64,000 nucleotides of DNA from Eledone cirrhosa. Its lineage: Eukaryota. Shown in pieces: positions 14,543 through 30,028 of the stretch. A program made the position numbers and the translations under genes. Positions within the stretch are counted from its first letter, which is position 1; each line of letters starts with the position of its first letter. The stretch is taken from contig OZ024755.1 of the NCBI GenBank assembly GCA_964016885.1, positions 9,300,001-9,364,000 of the forward strand. The letters are read 5' to 3'. The notes beneath the pieces were generated by a model. It worked only from the letters and a program-made list of their open reading frames with translations. It ran no database searches and was not told where the DNA came from.

Positions 14543-15724
14543 ACACACATGTATGTATGTACGTGTGTATATGCTGGGTTTATTGTAGCGTTGTTGTTTT
14601 TTTCTCCGCATAAGTTATTAAGATTATTATGAAAATATATATTTTGTGTATTTATGCAACACTAAGTTAACTATTTGAAAATATACTCTGCTGTCGTTTC
14701 TTTTCATGTTGCCAATGTTATTGTTTCTGTTGGGTTGACTAGGGTTTCAGTGAAATGCTGCAAAATTACTTCACATTCATTACTTAAATATCTTTTATAT
14801 AACACAACCATTTCGGTGTGGTTTATGGTTTAGCCATACATAAATATAATAATAATTCGAAATGTGTCAATGAGGGAACGTCTATTTGCTGGGTAGATCT
14901 TCTAGAAACAGCAGCTAAATCTCCCTGAAATCTAAAAGAAGATAATAAATGATTTAGTTTTAGACAAAAAGAAAGAAATGGAACCGATTGTCAGATTCGG
15001 CCAAGGAAAATATGATAAAGGATAGAAGGAATACTCATAACACAGCACAATGCTAAAACAAACATACAGAGATAGCCAACTACTCAAGCTTCTTATTTAT
15101 CTTTCCTTTAACCTTTCCTCTTTATCATTACCAGAACACCTACATACACACACACACATGCACAAACACGCATTCACCACACACATATACATTTAATAAT
15201 ATACGATATGTTACAATACATTTGGTTTAATAATATGTGATATGCTGCAATGCATTTGATTAAATAATATGTGATATGATGCAATACATAGGAAACTAAG
15301 TGTGAACATGATAAGGTGTTGGGTCGAATTACCTACTAATAAACATTGAGCAGACATCAAAAGAACTGCAGGCTTAAACAGATAAAATGGCTGACTGAAA
15401 ATAACCGGAAGACCGATCAGTATATTAAATAATGCAACAAATACGATAGCATTTCACATTATGCGAGATAGCGAGTTGAACATTTCAATTAATTCTAGAA
15501 TGTAAACAATGAAAGACTTAAGGAGAATGTAGTAAGAGTGAAATTTTAGAGTATGATTTGCTTAACGCAAAGCCTACTATAACGCATGTTAACTACAAAA
15601 TAGTTGAATAAAATCTGGGATATAAGGTCTTGAGACGGCAAAATTGGAGAGAATTACTTGTGGGAATCGAACCACACCTTGGCTGTATACTGGAAGGCCA
15701 TGCCAACATACATACATAACTCTG

Positions 15725-15770
<46 letters not shown>

Positions 15771-15923
15771 ATGCTTTGGGAGGGTCATGTTGCCAATAAG
15801 AAACACACGCACCAGTTGCTTTCACTCCAATTTATTATAAATTAAATTTATAAATTTAATTTATAATAAATTTATAAAGAATCTTGCTAAACAAATTCAG
15901 AAACGAAATATATATATATATAT

Positions 15924-16278
15924 AGTAATAATAATAAATTTGAAGACTAAAATCCAAAGATTGCCAGAGAACGTCTCTATGAACCACCTAATAGAATATT
16001 AGTCTACGACTTCTTTTATACCATAAACGTGGTTTTATTTTTGCGTGTAATTGTTTTTCACCGCTCCAAATAATGACGTATTATATTCGTTTTTCCCGTT
16101 CTTTGCCAGGGAACGTTTCCATGAACCAAAGTATCGTCTTCCTGTCTTCCTCCGGTTGCAATGTTTTTTGAAATATTCACTTCTGCGTTCACAGATTGAC
16201 TTTGTTAGTTTCAGAAGATCCCGTTAAGGGTGAAAGCAGCGATTCTTTGCTTAAACTTTAATCTGTTATTTTAATAAA
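15924..16278 (+). mobile_element. (TA)n-anchored two-ended element, copy 2 (longest, with about 250-bp interior)
   Basis: Same head and tail as 9641-9755; interior has a 26-bp imperfect direct repeat ttgccagRgaacgtYtcYatgaacca (15961-15986, 16103-16128). Confidence 0.75.
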
Positions 16279-16370
16279 TATATATAATTGTCAACAATAT
16301 CTTTTGCATTTGCATTCTTTATTCTATGTCCATACCTGCATTGTTTTGGCTTTATTATACATATACAAAC

Positions 16371-16434
<64 letters not shown>

Positions 16435-17034
16435 GGCACAATGTATCAAGTAGCACATTATCCAATGTTCCCTCTTCATTTTATGCTGATAAGCATAATG
16501 TAAGGGAGAGTTCTTTATTATTTCTTGCAGGCTGTGTGTTGGCTCATACGGAAAATTGTGTTATTCGTATTTAGAAACGGAAAGTTGAAAGAAATCGTAT
16601 CCAATATGAACGCTGAAATTAGGATACTGGAAGAAAATTAATGAAGAATGTCACAGTTAGTCATGACTTATCACATTCTCAAAACATAAATTACAGCCGA
16701 AAGAAATGTTTTTTGTTAAATATTGAATAACGTTATGAAAGAACCGGAACTAATGACATCGTTCTAAACGTGAAATTATGTTTGTCTGTATGGACATTAA
16801 ATTATAGAAAATACCATCTCTTTACTTAAATAGAATAATATCCCAAAGATATGTATTCAGGAAGACTGCTATTCTAAGTGTGTTATTGAGTCAGGTTTCA
16901 AATAAATGATAATAAAATTCATCTTAGCGACTGTTTTTTAACTAGTAGATGCCTTATGTTACCTCGTCATTAACTAGTTACTTGTAGAATGAATTAGAAT
17001 AAACTCTTAGACCCCCTTCCGTAGTGGGAATAGA

Positions 17035-17223
17035 ATAATTGTTTCTACTTTTGGCACAAGGCCAGCAATTATCCCAGTGCATTACTGGTACTTTATTTTA
17101 TCGACCCCGTAAGGATGAAAGGCAAAGTTAACCTCGGCGGGATTTGCACTTAGACCATAAAGGGTCGTAACTCTTTGCTACAAAGCATGGCGTCCGACCC
17201 TCTACCGATACTGCCAACCCACC
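17035..17223 (-). mobile_element. SINE-A, full length with TSD
   Basis: Reverse complement of consensus; imperfect TSD tagtgggaaYaRaataat at 17022-17039 and 17224-17241. Confidence 0.9.
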
Positions 17224-17564
17224 TAGTGGGAACAAAATAATAGTTATGTGTGAGAGTTGAGATACGTTGGGATATATTGAAGATGAGATCGATGACTTCT
17301 GTAGAATTACGATTCTGTATTCAGTGATACGGTATAGTTATAGTATTTGAATGTTTTATGTTTTACACATTGGCTGAAATGTTACGTATGAAGTCTGTAT
17401 AGCATGTTTGATGTTTGTAAATTACCAGCAGCTGTGCTGGGCTGATGTATTCTCTAACTCTGAGGAAGAAATGCGACTATTAGGAATAGTGAAAGATGAG
17501 AGAATAGTGTTAAGTTTAACATTTGTCATAAGTATGTGGGCTTTGTATTATTTATTAGTTAGAA

Positions 17565-17780
17565 ATGGGTCTGGAGTGGCAGAATCATTACAGAGTCGAA
17601 TCAAGTACTTTTAAGAACCCTTTACGTTCTGAGTTCAAATCCCAACGAGGTCGAATTTGTCTTTTATTCTTCCGGAATCGATAAAATAAAGTATCAGTAA
17701 AATACTGGTGATCGATTTAATTGACTTTCTCTTCTCTAAAAACCGAAGGCTTTCTCTCTGAATTAGAAATCATTCTTTAT
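17565..17780 (+). mobile_element. Diverged SINE-A relative
   Basis: tggcagaatc...gagttcaaatccc...gaggtc...tcgataaaataaagtatcag. Confidence 0.7.
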
Positions 17781-18943
17781 TAGTTGGAGGAATGTAGCAT
17801 TTTAGAACGTCTGTGTATTCTATAGAGATGTTCATGAGTGGAAAGATGTATAAAGGTTGTGTGCCTATGAGCTATGTGTGAGCAATTATAGAGGTAAAGG
17901 GCGGTATTATGGACATCGACTAATGTACAGTGTAGAATTATATTTAGTAGATCACTAGTTCTTGATACAAGAATAGTCTGGAAAAAACTGAATCATCACA
18001 AGTTAGTAAGTGTTATGGCCGTAAATATTGTTTTGAAAATCAGTTTCACTAGTTTTCCATTCATTAAAAAATCTTTAAATAAGGAAATCTCATGTGAAAA
18101 CAAAAAAAAAGCAATTTTTGCAACCTCACTACTGAATTCCGTCGAGATGTATTCTGCAACTGTTGAACTCCAGTTAGCCTTGAGTAGGACAGTGAGTGAC
18201 AGGATGCAGTACCATACATTTTGTGAAGCTCCTCGTGGTGTCGTGATTTCGTCAACCTAATTAATATATATTACTCTTTGACACTCTTACTTTTTCCAGC
18301 CATCCGGCTGAGACCATGCTGGGGCACCGCCTTATATATATATATATATAGTATATATATATATCTCATATTATATTATATTATATTATATTATATTATA
18401 TTATATATATATAAATGTGTGGCGCGACGGGGTCGAATCCTTGATTTCATTGACCATTGTCTACCCATGTATATGTCTAAATAAACCACAGTTCGACTGC
18501 TTTGTCCTTCGGCTTATCTTTCCTGACTTCACATGTTTTCAGTTGTCTTCTGTGTCTGTCGGTCTGTCAGTCTGTCAGCGTGGGAACCCATGATTTTACA
18601 GCTACCTTAGAAATTCTTCAGATAAAGGTTACAGTCTGGGGATTGAATATATAAACTGGAATCTTATGTTCTTTGCTGTAATACTTAGTCTACACCACCC
18701 GAAAAATACTCCCTTATCCTAGCTGTACATCCCAACCCTTCCTTCACTGACATAAGGGGCCAAAGCTACTCTGAATGTGTCATATAAACATATATGTATG
18801 CGAGGATTCTCACTGTGTATATATGTGTAAGTGCATGTGTATGTGTGTTTCTAGATACTTCTCACTCTTCCTCTACACATTTACAATAACACGCATACAT
18901 ACATATATACTAACATAACTACATTCATGCACACGTGTATATT

Positions 18944-19061
<118 letters not shown>

Positions 19062-19095
19062 TATGTATATAAATATATATATATAATATATATGT

Positions 19096-19144
<49 letters not shown>

Positions 19145-19150
19145 ATAAAA

Positions 19151-19181
<31 letters not shown>

Positions 19182-19294
19182 TATATATATACATACATAT
19201 ATATTTGAGTGCGCGTGTGTGTATGTAAGTGTACCTATATCTTAAGTATATATGTACTTAAGTGCGATGGGAAAACGGACCTTAAATGATAATG

Positions 19295-19366
<72 letters not shown>

Positions 19367-19572
19367 GCATATAGAGAGATATACATACATACCTATCCAC
19401 ACATTATATATATATTATTTATATATACATACACACAGACACGCATATGTATATATATGCACACGTAAAATACACCCGCACATATATATATACATGAATA
19501 TGTAACTATGTAAATATGAATACTATGTAATAATATCTCACGACACGCCATTATTTTTCGCCGTTCTCTGTA

Positions 19573-19622
<50 letters not shown>

Positions 19623-19701
19623 GATATATGTTTATATATATATATGTATATATATATATACATTCATATATACATATATATATATGTAAATATATATGTA
19701 T

Positions 19702-19745
<44 letters not shown>

Positions 19746-19842
19746 ATATATATATATATACATTCATATATACATATATACATATATATATATAAATATA
19801 TATGTATGTTTATATATATATATATATTTATATATATTTATA

Positions 19843-19895
<53 letters not shown>

Positions 19896-19978
19896 TATAT
19901 ATATATAATATATATATATATATATAAATATATATGATATATGTTTATATATATATATATGTAATATATATGATATAT

Positions 19979-20025
<47 letters not shown>

Positions 20026-20464
20026 TATATATACATATTTATCATCGCCATATTCATCATCGTCATCGTAATCATCATCATCACCATCATCACCAGTATT
20101 ACCAACAGCGTCATCACCACCACCAACACCAACACCAATAACACCACCACCAGCACCAACACCACCACCAACACCACCACCAACACCAATACCACCACCA
20201 CCAACAACACCACCAACAACACCAAAAACACCACCATCACCCATCATGAAGACACAGTGAGCCCACCCAGAGCCCCACCCGATCCCACCCAGCCCCAGCA
20301 CCAACCCTATAGTCCCTGCCCCACCCTATCAGCTTCATGTGTTCCATTCTCCAAACAAAATCTCTCATCGGTGGAATTTCTCCATAGAAATATTTGCGGT
20401 AAATAAAAATGTTTGTTCGGTTCAAAACTATTACTTAATAAACTCTCAGAGCTGAACGCCTATG

Positions 20465-20531
20465 ACTATATAAGAATGAACGTGTGTGTATATATATATA
20501 TATGTGTGTGTGTGTGTGCGCGTGTGCGTGC

Positions 20532-20607
<76 letters not shown>

Positions 20608-20995
20608 CGCTTTGTGTGTCTGCATGCTTGAGCGTTTTCATGTCTATGTATGTATGTGTGTACTATATAAGAATGAACGTGTGTGTATATATACATGTGT
20701 GTGTATGTGTGTATGTCCGCGTGTGTGTGTGTGTGTGTGTGTGTTTCGTTTTGTGTATCTGCATGCTTGAGCGTTTTCATATGTCTATGTATGTATGTGT
20801 GTACTATATAAGAATGAACGTGTGTGTATATATACATGTGTGTGTATGTGTGTGTGTGTCTGTGTCCGTGTCCGTGTGTGTGTGCGCGTGTGTGTGTGTG
20901 TGTCTGAGTGTGTACGTTTCGTTTTGTGCGAGTGCATGCTTGAGCGTTTTCATATGTCTATGTATGTATGTGTGTACTATATAAGAATGAATGTG

Positions 20996-21044
<49 letters not shown>

Positions 21045-21170
21045 GTGTGTGTGTGTGTATGTATGTGTGTCTGTGTATCTGTGTCTGTATCTGTGTCCGT
21101 GTGTGTGTGTCTGAGCGTGTATGGTTCGTTTTGTGTGTGAGCATGCTTGAGCGTTTTCATGTCTATGTAC
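20465..21170. repeat. Compound minisatellite, 4 units of about 140-200 bp with variable internal (TG)n
   Basis: Anchors actatataagaatgaacgtg and gcatgcttgagcgttttcat recur at about 20465, 20661, 20802 and 20976. Confidence 0.9.
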
Positions 21171-21553
21171 GTATGTGCGTATGTGTATCCATATGTGTGG
21201 GGGGTTATGTGTGTACGTGTGTGACTTTGTCTGTGTATGTGTATACTTGAGTGTGTTCATATGTCTGTGTGCGTTTGTGTGTATACCAGCGCGTGTGTGT
21301 GTGTATGTTTGTCTGTGTGAGTATGTGTATAAAATATGAAGTTTCAATTGTATGAAATGGTAGCGTATATATATGGTATATGTGTGTAAAGTAATATATC
21401 TGTAGTATTTGTGTATAGAATGTGTATGATACATCTCTCTCACTCAGACTGACACATACACACACACACACACACAAACCCACAAGCACACATGCACATA
21501 TACACTCACACAGAGACAACTGCATACACGAAAGTCTATATGTTTATATATAT

Positions 21554-21655
<102 letters not shown>

Positions 21656-21712
21656 ATGTATATCATCGCAGCTTGTAGATAGGAATATAATGTATTTCCC
21701 AGGACGTATATA

Positions 21713-21830
<118 letters not shown>

Positions 21831-21846
21831 GAAAGAGAGTGAGAGA

Positions 21847-21911
<65 letters not shown>

Positions 21912-22604
21912 ATAGATAGACAGACAAATCTAGTGGATGGACACATTCGTACCACCTCCAGCAATCTCAACAAAATTACTGAATAACCTACATATATATG
22001 TATTATCATTATCAATATCTCCATCGCCATCTTCATCATCACCATCACCACCACCAGCAACATCACCACCACCAGCAACACCACCAACGCCACCATTATT
22101 AGAGTATAATGAAATTCATCTATTGATAGACTAATATCATGAAACTTAAGAGTTTGTGAACTAAGCTCAAAATTTCAACAAATATATACAAATAAAATGT
22201 AGAGTTAATAACTCATATCAATACCCTGTAATTAACAAGCCCAAAGTATAAAGACTGAGCTTTATATAATAATATATGTAGTAATAAACGCAGTAATTTG
22301 TGTGTCTAAAATTACGAGGGTTTGCTTCAGGTTAAATTTGTCAAACCAACGTGGTATTTCAACAAAAATATATAAAGATACTATTGGGTAAAGGTTTTTA
22401 AGTATTAAATGTCCGATTTCTCTTTCAATTTAAGATCGAACATTTCATACTTAATGACCTGATATATTCATATTTCAGGGCCAATGAGAACGTGTATTTC
22501 GAGGGAGATTTTGGTATGTGCGTATATGTGTATTTGTGTGGTATGCATGCATTGTATACTTGCGTGCGTGTGTGTGTGTTTGGTATACCTGTGTGTATAC
22601 GTGT

Positions 22605-23250
<646 letters not shown>

Positions 23251-23720
23251 GATATACGCATGTGTATTTAAGCGCTACAGGGAATATTATGTAGTTGATA
23301 ATCGTTTTATACGAACATTAAAACATTATTTGTAAGATGTTAGTGATAAGAGATCAGTGGTTTAGTGTTGATACTAATAACTTCATAGAGTCCTACATAG
23401 AAAGATTTGTTATTATGGCTTTTTAACTGAAGTAGTTCATTGGTCATCGTTATTTATACGTGGAAGGATTGGATGACTATGGTGTGATGTGAATACATTC
23501 TATTACTAATTTATGTATATATATATATATATGTGTGTGTATGTATGTACATGTATATATATATATATGTGTGTATATATATATAAATATATGTATATAT
23601 GTATGTATACATGTGTATATATATGTATGTATATATAATGGAAAAATTTGAACAGGGACAAAACAGAGAGGCAGTACAATAAATGTTTATTAATCTCAGG
23701 AGAGTGGGGGATAGGGGGGG

Positions 23721-23752
23721 ACGACGTTTCGGGCATAAGCCCTTCCTCAGGT
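23721..23752 (-). ncRNA. Minimal hammerhead ribozyme motif in a Penelope-like pLTR fragment (about 23637-23830)
   Basis: Minus strand ac-CTGAGGA-a-gggc-ttat-gccc-GAAA-cg-TC-gt, AATAAA about 30 nt downstream (23686-23691); cassette flanked by (TA)-rich tracts; stem I only 2 bp. Confidence 0.6.
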
Positions 23753-23884
23753 GAGAAGTGTGTGGGAACAGAGTTCAAAAGGTGTGTAGGGGAGTGGTGG
23801 AGAGACATATAGCGAAAGGAAACGGTGCGAATGAAAAATGTATATATATATATATACGTATATATGTATATTTTTTTTTTTAGG

Positions 23885-24092
23885 ATCGATCGACTTTCGT
23901 CAAATCGGACCGAGGAAACAATGTCTTTCCAATTGCTAATACTATCTATCGGTCGCAACTCCAGGTAGAAGGAGCAACGTGAAATAAAGTGTCTTGCTCA
24001 AGGACATAACGCATCGCCCGGTCCAGGAATCGAACTCACAACCTCAAGATTGTGAATCAATTCTCTAACCACTCAACCACACGCCTTCACAC
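23885..24092 (-). mobile_element. CORE-type SINE (family B variant)
   Basis: gtgtcttgctcaaggaca CORE-like box and ggaatcgaactc B-box complement; related copies at 46720-46910 (-) and 63230-63430 (+). Confidence 0.75.
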
Positions 24093-24111
24093 TCAGCTAC
24101 ACGCCTTCACG

Positions 24112-24158
<47 letters not shown>

Positions 24159-24688
24159 CATATAAATATATATATATATATGTATGTGTGTATGTATGTA
24201 TGTAAATGTATGTATATGTATATATATGTATGTATATATATATATATGTGTGTGTATATATATATGTGTGTGTATATAAATGTGTGCGTGTGTGTGTGTA
24301 TGTGTGTACATAATTTCATAATTCATTGATATAGATGTATTGTTATATATGCATGTATGAGCGTGTATGTGTATATTGAAACATAACATGTGTATACAAG
24401 CGTATATACATCATTCCAACTGGTTTATTTAGTTCTCAAATTTACATCTAGCCCACCCACACTAATCTGTATGATACCTCCGCAAGATAAAACCGGAGCC
24501 AACATCTATCCATCTGTTCCCACTTCACACAGATTACGAATAAAGGTTCGGATAAAAATTGACCTTAATAATATCAAAGAACGTAGAGATATTTGATTTC
24601 ATTTTTATTTTCTATGTTTTAATCAATTTTATTTCAAACAAAATTACATTAATAATAAATTGATAAAATAGAAATGATAGAGAGTCTT

Positions 24689-24845
24689 AATGGCGGCGGC
24701 AGATAGAGTAATTACCATACCAGACAGAGATCAGTACATCACGTGATCAAAGTGTTGATCTGATGACGTGACTGGATGTCAGTAAAGTTATTGGGTGATG
24801 GTTGATGTTGAACTGTTGTGAAATTCTTGATTTAACAAGGTAGGT
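24689..24845 (+). promoter_or_regulatory. Candidate core promoter and non-coding first exon (about 24781-24839)
   Basis: YY1-like AATGGCGGC (24689), palindromic E-box ATCACGTGAT (24738-24747), CRE/ATF-like TGACGTGA (24764-24771), Inr-like TCAGT (24779-24783), strong donor AAG|GTAGGT at 24839/24840. Confidence 0.5.
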
Positions 24846-25383
24846 CTTTTTTTCTTCTCTTTTTCCTCTTCGTTCTTTTTCTTCTATTTCTTCTCTTTCT
24901 CCTCAACTTCTTCTCAGAAGAATCTTCTTCTGTCTTCTTTTTCCTCTTCATTTTTTACTTCCTCTCCTTCCTCTCCTTCTTCTTCCTCATCATCATCATC
25001 TTCCTCTTCTGCCACCGCCACTCTACAGTTCTGTTTGTATATGATTTCAGTAAATACTCCAAGAGATATTTATCAATGTTTACATTAGATATCAGATGCT
25101 TGTATCGTATGATTTGATACAATGAAGACGAACGATCCTGGGTGTGTGGGGTTCCTACCACCCACCCCACCCACCCCGCCATTTTCCTTTTTCGTTTCAT
25201 TCTTGCCATCTTTCTTTTTACCTTTCTTTCTTTCATTCACACCTCTATCCCTCTATCTTTCTTACCCTCTCTAACTCTCTCACTCTATCTCTGTGAGTAT
25301 CCTTCTTGCTTCTCTTAGCCCCCCCCCCCCCCCCATTTCTCTCTCTCCTTCTCTGGGTACTCCTCTCTCATCCGCTTTCATAC

Positions 25384-25455
<72 letters not shown>

Positions 25456-25711
25456 CCTCTTCGTCCCCGGGTATCCCTTTCTCTTCCTATTTCGCTTCCA
25501 CTCTTTTCTTCTCTCCCCCTTTCTTCTTTTCTCTACTTCTCTCTCCCTTTCTATCTATTTATCCCTCACTCAGTTCGGTCTGAATATCCCTTTTTCTTGT
25601 TTCTCTCTATCACCATTCTGTATATGTCTGCATTCAATATGACATGACGCCTATATCATCCGATTTACCTCCCACTCACTCACACTCGCATATATATATA
25701 TATTATTTATA

Positions 25712-25768
<57 letters not shown>

Positions 25769-25960
25769 TATATATACATATATATACATATATTTATATA
25801 TATTTAAATATATATATGTTATTTATATATATGTATATATATATATATATATAATTTATATATATGTATATATATGTGTGTGTGTAGATATACATATGTG
25901 TGTCTGTGTATACACACACATACATATATATATATGTGTGTGAGTGTGTGTATTTTATTT

Positions 25961-26226
25961 TCACAGCTCCGATACTATGGGCATGTGGTTAGAATGTATC
26001 AGGAAAGAATCGCTGGACAGATGTTGCAGACAAAAACCAACTGGCAAGAGACCCAGGAGTAGACCCCAAGCAAGATTGTTGGATAACAACCATGAGCTTT
26101 GCTGGTCACGCCTGGGGCTCCAACCGGATCAGTTGGAGATGGTTGCTTCTGACAGGACCTGCTAGAAGGAGTGTTTGAGGACTCTGTCCCCACGAACCTT
26201 TCAGGTATAAGTGGACGAAGAAGAAG
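25961..26226 (+). mobile_element. RTE-clade LINE 3' fragment
   Basis: SQLRYYGHVVRM...(frameshift)...PTGKRPRSRPQARLLD matches the RTE C-terminal LRWxGHVxRM/RPRGRP motifs; short (GAA)n tail. Confidence 0.8.
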
Positions 26227-26651
26227 ATATTTTATTTTTGGTCTTATTTTTGCTTCTAAATAAATTATATATAAAAAAATTTTCATAACGTTTATTGACA
26301 TTTCTTTTCAGACATATTCCCCAGCTTCTTTTAATGTTGTGATGAGGGCAAATAAAATCCACGCTGTCCACGAGAACTTGTACGCGATTTGAGACAAGCG
26401 TTTGATTCAAAGACGTAATTTTGAAATAAAGCATGACGCTTTATATCAATATTAAGGTTCGTTTTACAAACACAACGTTGAGCGTTTTCACAGATATTTC
26501 TAGTTGGGTGTTTCCCCTGCTCAACCTAATATCAGTTTTCAGTGGGTTAGTTATTTTATATAATTGACATAAATTGTACTTCATTATAATTTCATGGTGG
26601 TAACATAACAAAACCTCTATTTCGCCTTGTCAATTGATATATAAATATATA

Positions 26652-26764
<113 letters not shown>

Positions 26765-26874
26765 TATATTTATATATCAATTGACAAGGTGAAATAATAT
26801 ATATGTGTGAGTGAGTGTGTGTATAAATATACATATACATATAGATACACAGATAGATAGACATATAGATATAT

Positions 26875-27511
26875 TTCTTTATTAGCCACAGGGGCACAAA
26901 AGAAGGGGACAAATACAAAGGGGGAAGTTTACATACAATAAAAACGTGTAAAATGTTATCACAGATGGAATTTAAAAGTTAGTCGATTTTCCCCAATAGA
27001 GGGAGACAGTTTATATGGGTAACACAGACCCCCGAAAAAAATGTGCAACCCTCATCTCCAGGAGTACGAAGAGCTTGTACTCCTTTCCTCTCCTCCTCCT
27101 TTTCCTCAACCTACAGGCTGATATAGAGAGAAGGCCCATTCACTCGGGCCATTCTCGCCACTTTCACCCACCTTTCATAAAACTTGCTGGGGTACAGCAC
27201 CTCTCTCTCCATCCTGATTCTTCTTCCAAAGTGGTATTTGAAAAAAAGAATCAGTTGTTGGCCGGAGAGAAAGGTGTCTGACCTCAGCCCTTTCAACCTT
27301 GTCCACCATACAACCTCTTTCGCCATAGCTATCAGACAAAGGAAAACCGCCTCTCCTTCGTTTTTGAAGGAGGGTGGCGGTTTGATCATGACAATGGACT
27401 CGGTGGTCAACTGGATTGGTCCCACCCGCGACAATAGTCGTTCTACATATCCCCACAGGTCAGTGACGCCCGGGCAGTGTATGAATGCGTGCGCGACGGT
27501 TTCTTCGTCTC
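26875..27511 (-). mobile_element. Tx1/L1-clade LINE 3' fragment
   Basis: ETVAHAFIHCPGVTDLWGYVERLL...KEVVWWTR...ERWVKVARMARV; homologous to 4901-5856. Confidence 0.85.
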
Positions 27512-27518
27512 GCACGCC

Positions 27519-27881
27519 TTTCTTTATTTGCCACAGGGGCGCACAAAAAGGGGACATTACAAGACGTGATGGCAGGGGTTTTACATAAAATCTTTAACAA
27601 TGATAAATAACAATAATCTATATAAAAATAAAACAATTGAAATCCCCAATAGTGGGGAACGTTACTGCGGGGTTGTTTTACACCCCGTGGATAGAACAAC
27701 CCTCAACACCAGGAACACGTTTTGTAGGTGTTCCCTCTTCCCTCTTCTTCCTCAACCTACAGGTTTATATACAGAGAAGGCCCATCCACTCGGGCCATTT
27801 TCGCAACATTCACCCACCTTTCAGCGAATTTACTAGGGTGTAGCACCTCTCTCTCCACTCTTACCTTCCTTCTGAAGCGGT
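27519..27881 (-). mobile_element. Second Tx1/L1-clade 3' fragment in tandem with the preceding copy
   Basis: ttctttatttgccacaggggcgcac 3' end; closely similar to 4901-5260. Confidence 0.85.
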
Positions 27882-28234
27882 AGATAGATAGATAGATACG
27901 TTAATAGTGATGATCGGAAGACAGATAGGGTCCTGAAAAGTAGAGGTAGAAACTACGTATTATACGAACATCAGTTGGGACAAGATTTCATCGTTAGCCA
28001 AGGTTTGTTGCTAGTAGACTGATCTGTACCGCAATCATTCTGTTGATCAGGATCTGAGTACACACACGATGGGGTTTTGTTCGGTTAAATGAATACAACA
28101 GATTGTCCATTTATTGTTAGAAACCTTGGAGTTCTTATTGCAGTTTACGTTATGCGTTAATTTTTTAATGGTAAATATCTCCAGCATTATTCCTACTGTG
28201 AAGATAACATCAAACAGTATAATATATCTATATC

Positions 28235-28366
<132 letters not shown>

Positions 28367-28563
28367 GATATATTATACTGTTTGATGTTAGAGAAAAACC
28401 ACAAACCATCTCAATTCTACTTTTGAAAAGCAGAAGAACAGCGACCGGTAAAGGAACCAAATAAATATATATTTTTTAAAAAAGGACTCCAGTTGCATTT
28501 TCGATTTCATCTTTTTTGTGAAGTATATTTCTAATGACTTGATTTTTTATTTCATTGTTTTAA

Positions 28564-28610
<47 letters not shown>

Positions 28611-28888
28611 CTAATACTAATATCATTTGTACTGCCTCTTCATTTTTCTGTTTTTTGTTCTCTGTTTATTTATTAAACTATATATATATATATATATATA
28701 TATGTACGTTATTCCGGGTTGAATCGGAGGTAACCACAGTAAGTAAGGTACTCAATACATAGCAGAGTATAACAGTTTTAATATAGATGAGATTCTACAG
28801 GACTAGAACTGTTTCATTCATTAGAAATTATATATATATATATATATATACATACATACATATATATATATATGTATATATATATATA

Positions 28889-28938
28889 TTATAAGAATAG
28901 ATTAAAGTTTAAGCAAAGAATCGCTGCTTTCACCCTTA
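28889..28938 (-). mobile_element. (TA)n-anchored element, tail only (copy 3)
   Basis: Reverse complement of aagggtgaaagcagcgattctttgcttaaactttaatct. Confidence 0.7.
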
Positions 28939-29199
28939 TGTATGTATGCATAAATATTTGACCCTTTGGTAACGAATATAATTCATTTCAGAGACTTATT
29001 CGTTACATCAATTAAAATATATGTATTTTAAGGACAATACTTTTTTTCAAATACTCAAACTAATATCAATTAAACACAAATTATATCTAAAAATAAATAC
29101 ATATAATAAAAACAATATAATAGTTATACAGTTGTTGATAGCACCCGGGCTTTGGTTGACTGCTGAGTTTCTTCAGACTCCTGCCGATGGATGTATAGA

Positions 29200-30028
29200 C
29201 ACTACAGTACATACACTTAACAACACCACATTCACCAACATATATACAACAGTACAATAAATACAACAACACCACACTCACCGACATGTACACTGCAGTA
29301 CAATAAATACAACACCACGATCACCAACATATATACAATAATACAATACAAACAACAACACCACAATCAGCAATATATACACTGCAGTATATACTTTCAA
29401 CAACACCACATGCACCAACATGTACACCGCAGTACAATAAATACAACACCACACTCACCAACATGTACACTGCAGTACAATAAATAGAGCAAGACCACAA
29501 TAACCAACATATACACTGCAATACAATACAAACAACATCACACTCATCAACATGTACACTGCAGTAAATACAAACAACACCACACTCACCAACATATACA
29601 CTGCAATACAATACAAACAACATGTACACTGCAGTAAATACAAACAACACTACACTCACCAACATGTACACTGCAGTACAATAAATACAACACCACGATC
29701 ACAAACATATATACAACAATACAAACAACACCACATACACCAACATATACACTGCAATACAATACAAACAACATCACATACACCAACATATATACCGCAG
29801 TACAATAAATACAACAACATGTACACTGCAGTAAATACAAACAACAACACCACAATCACCAACATGTACACTGCAGTAAATACAAACAACAACACCATAA
29901 TCACCAACATGTACACTGCAGTAAATACAAACAACAACACCATAATCACCAACATGTGCACTGCAGTACATACATTCAACAAGACCACAATCAGCAATAT
30001 ATACACAACAGTACATACACTTAACAAA
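29200..30028. repeat. Minisatellite, about 18-19 units of about 43-46 bp
   Basis: Consensus near accaacatRtacactgcagtacaataaatacaacaccacactc. Confidence 0.92.

Noticed and set aside
18418-18533. Possible short solo LTR (TG...AATAAA...CA)
   Set aside because: No TSD, PBS, PPT or second copy.
28786-28826. Minus-strand GAAAC...GTC as a hammerhead
   Set aside because: Only a possible 3' half; the CTGANGA core is absent.
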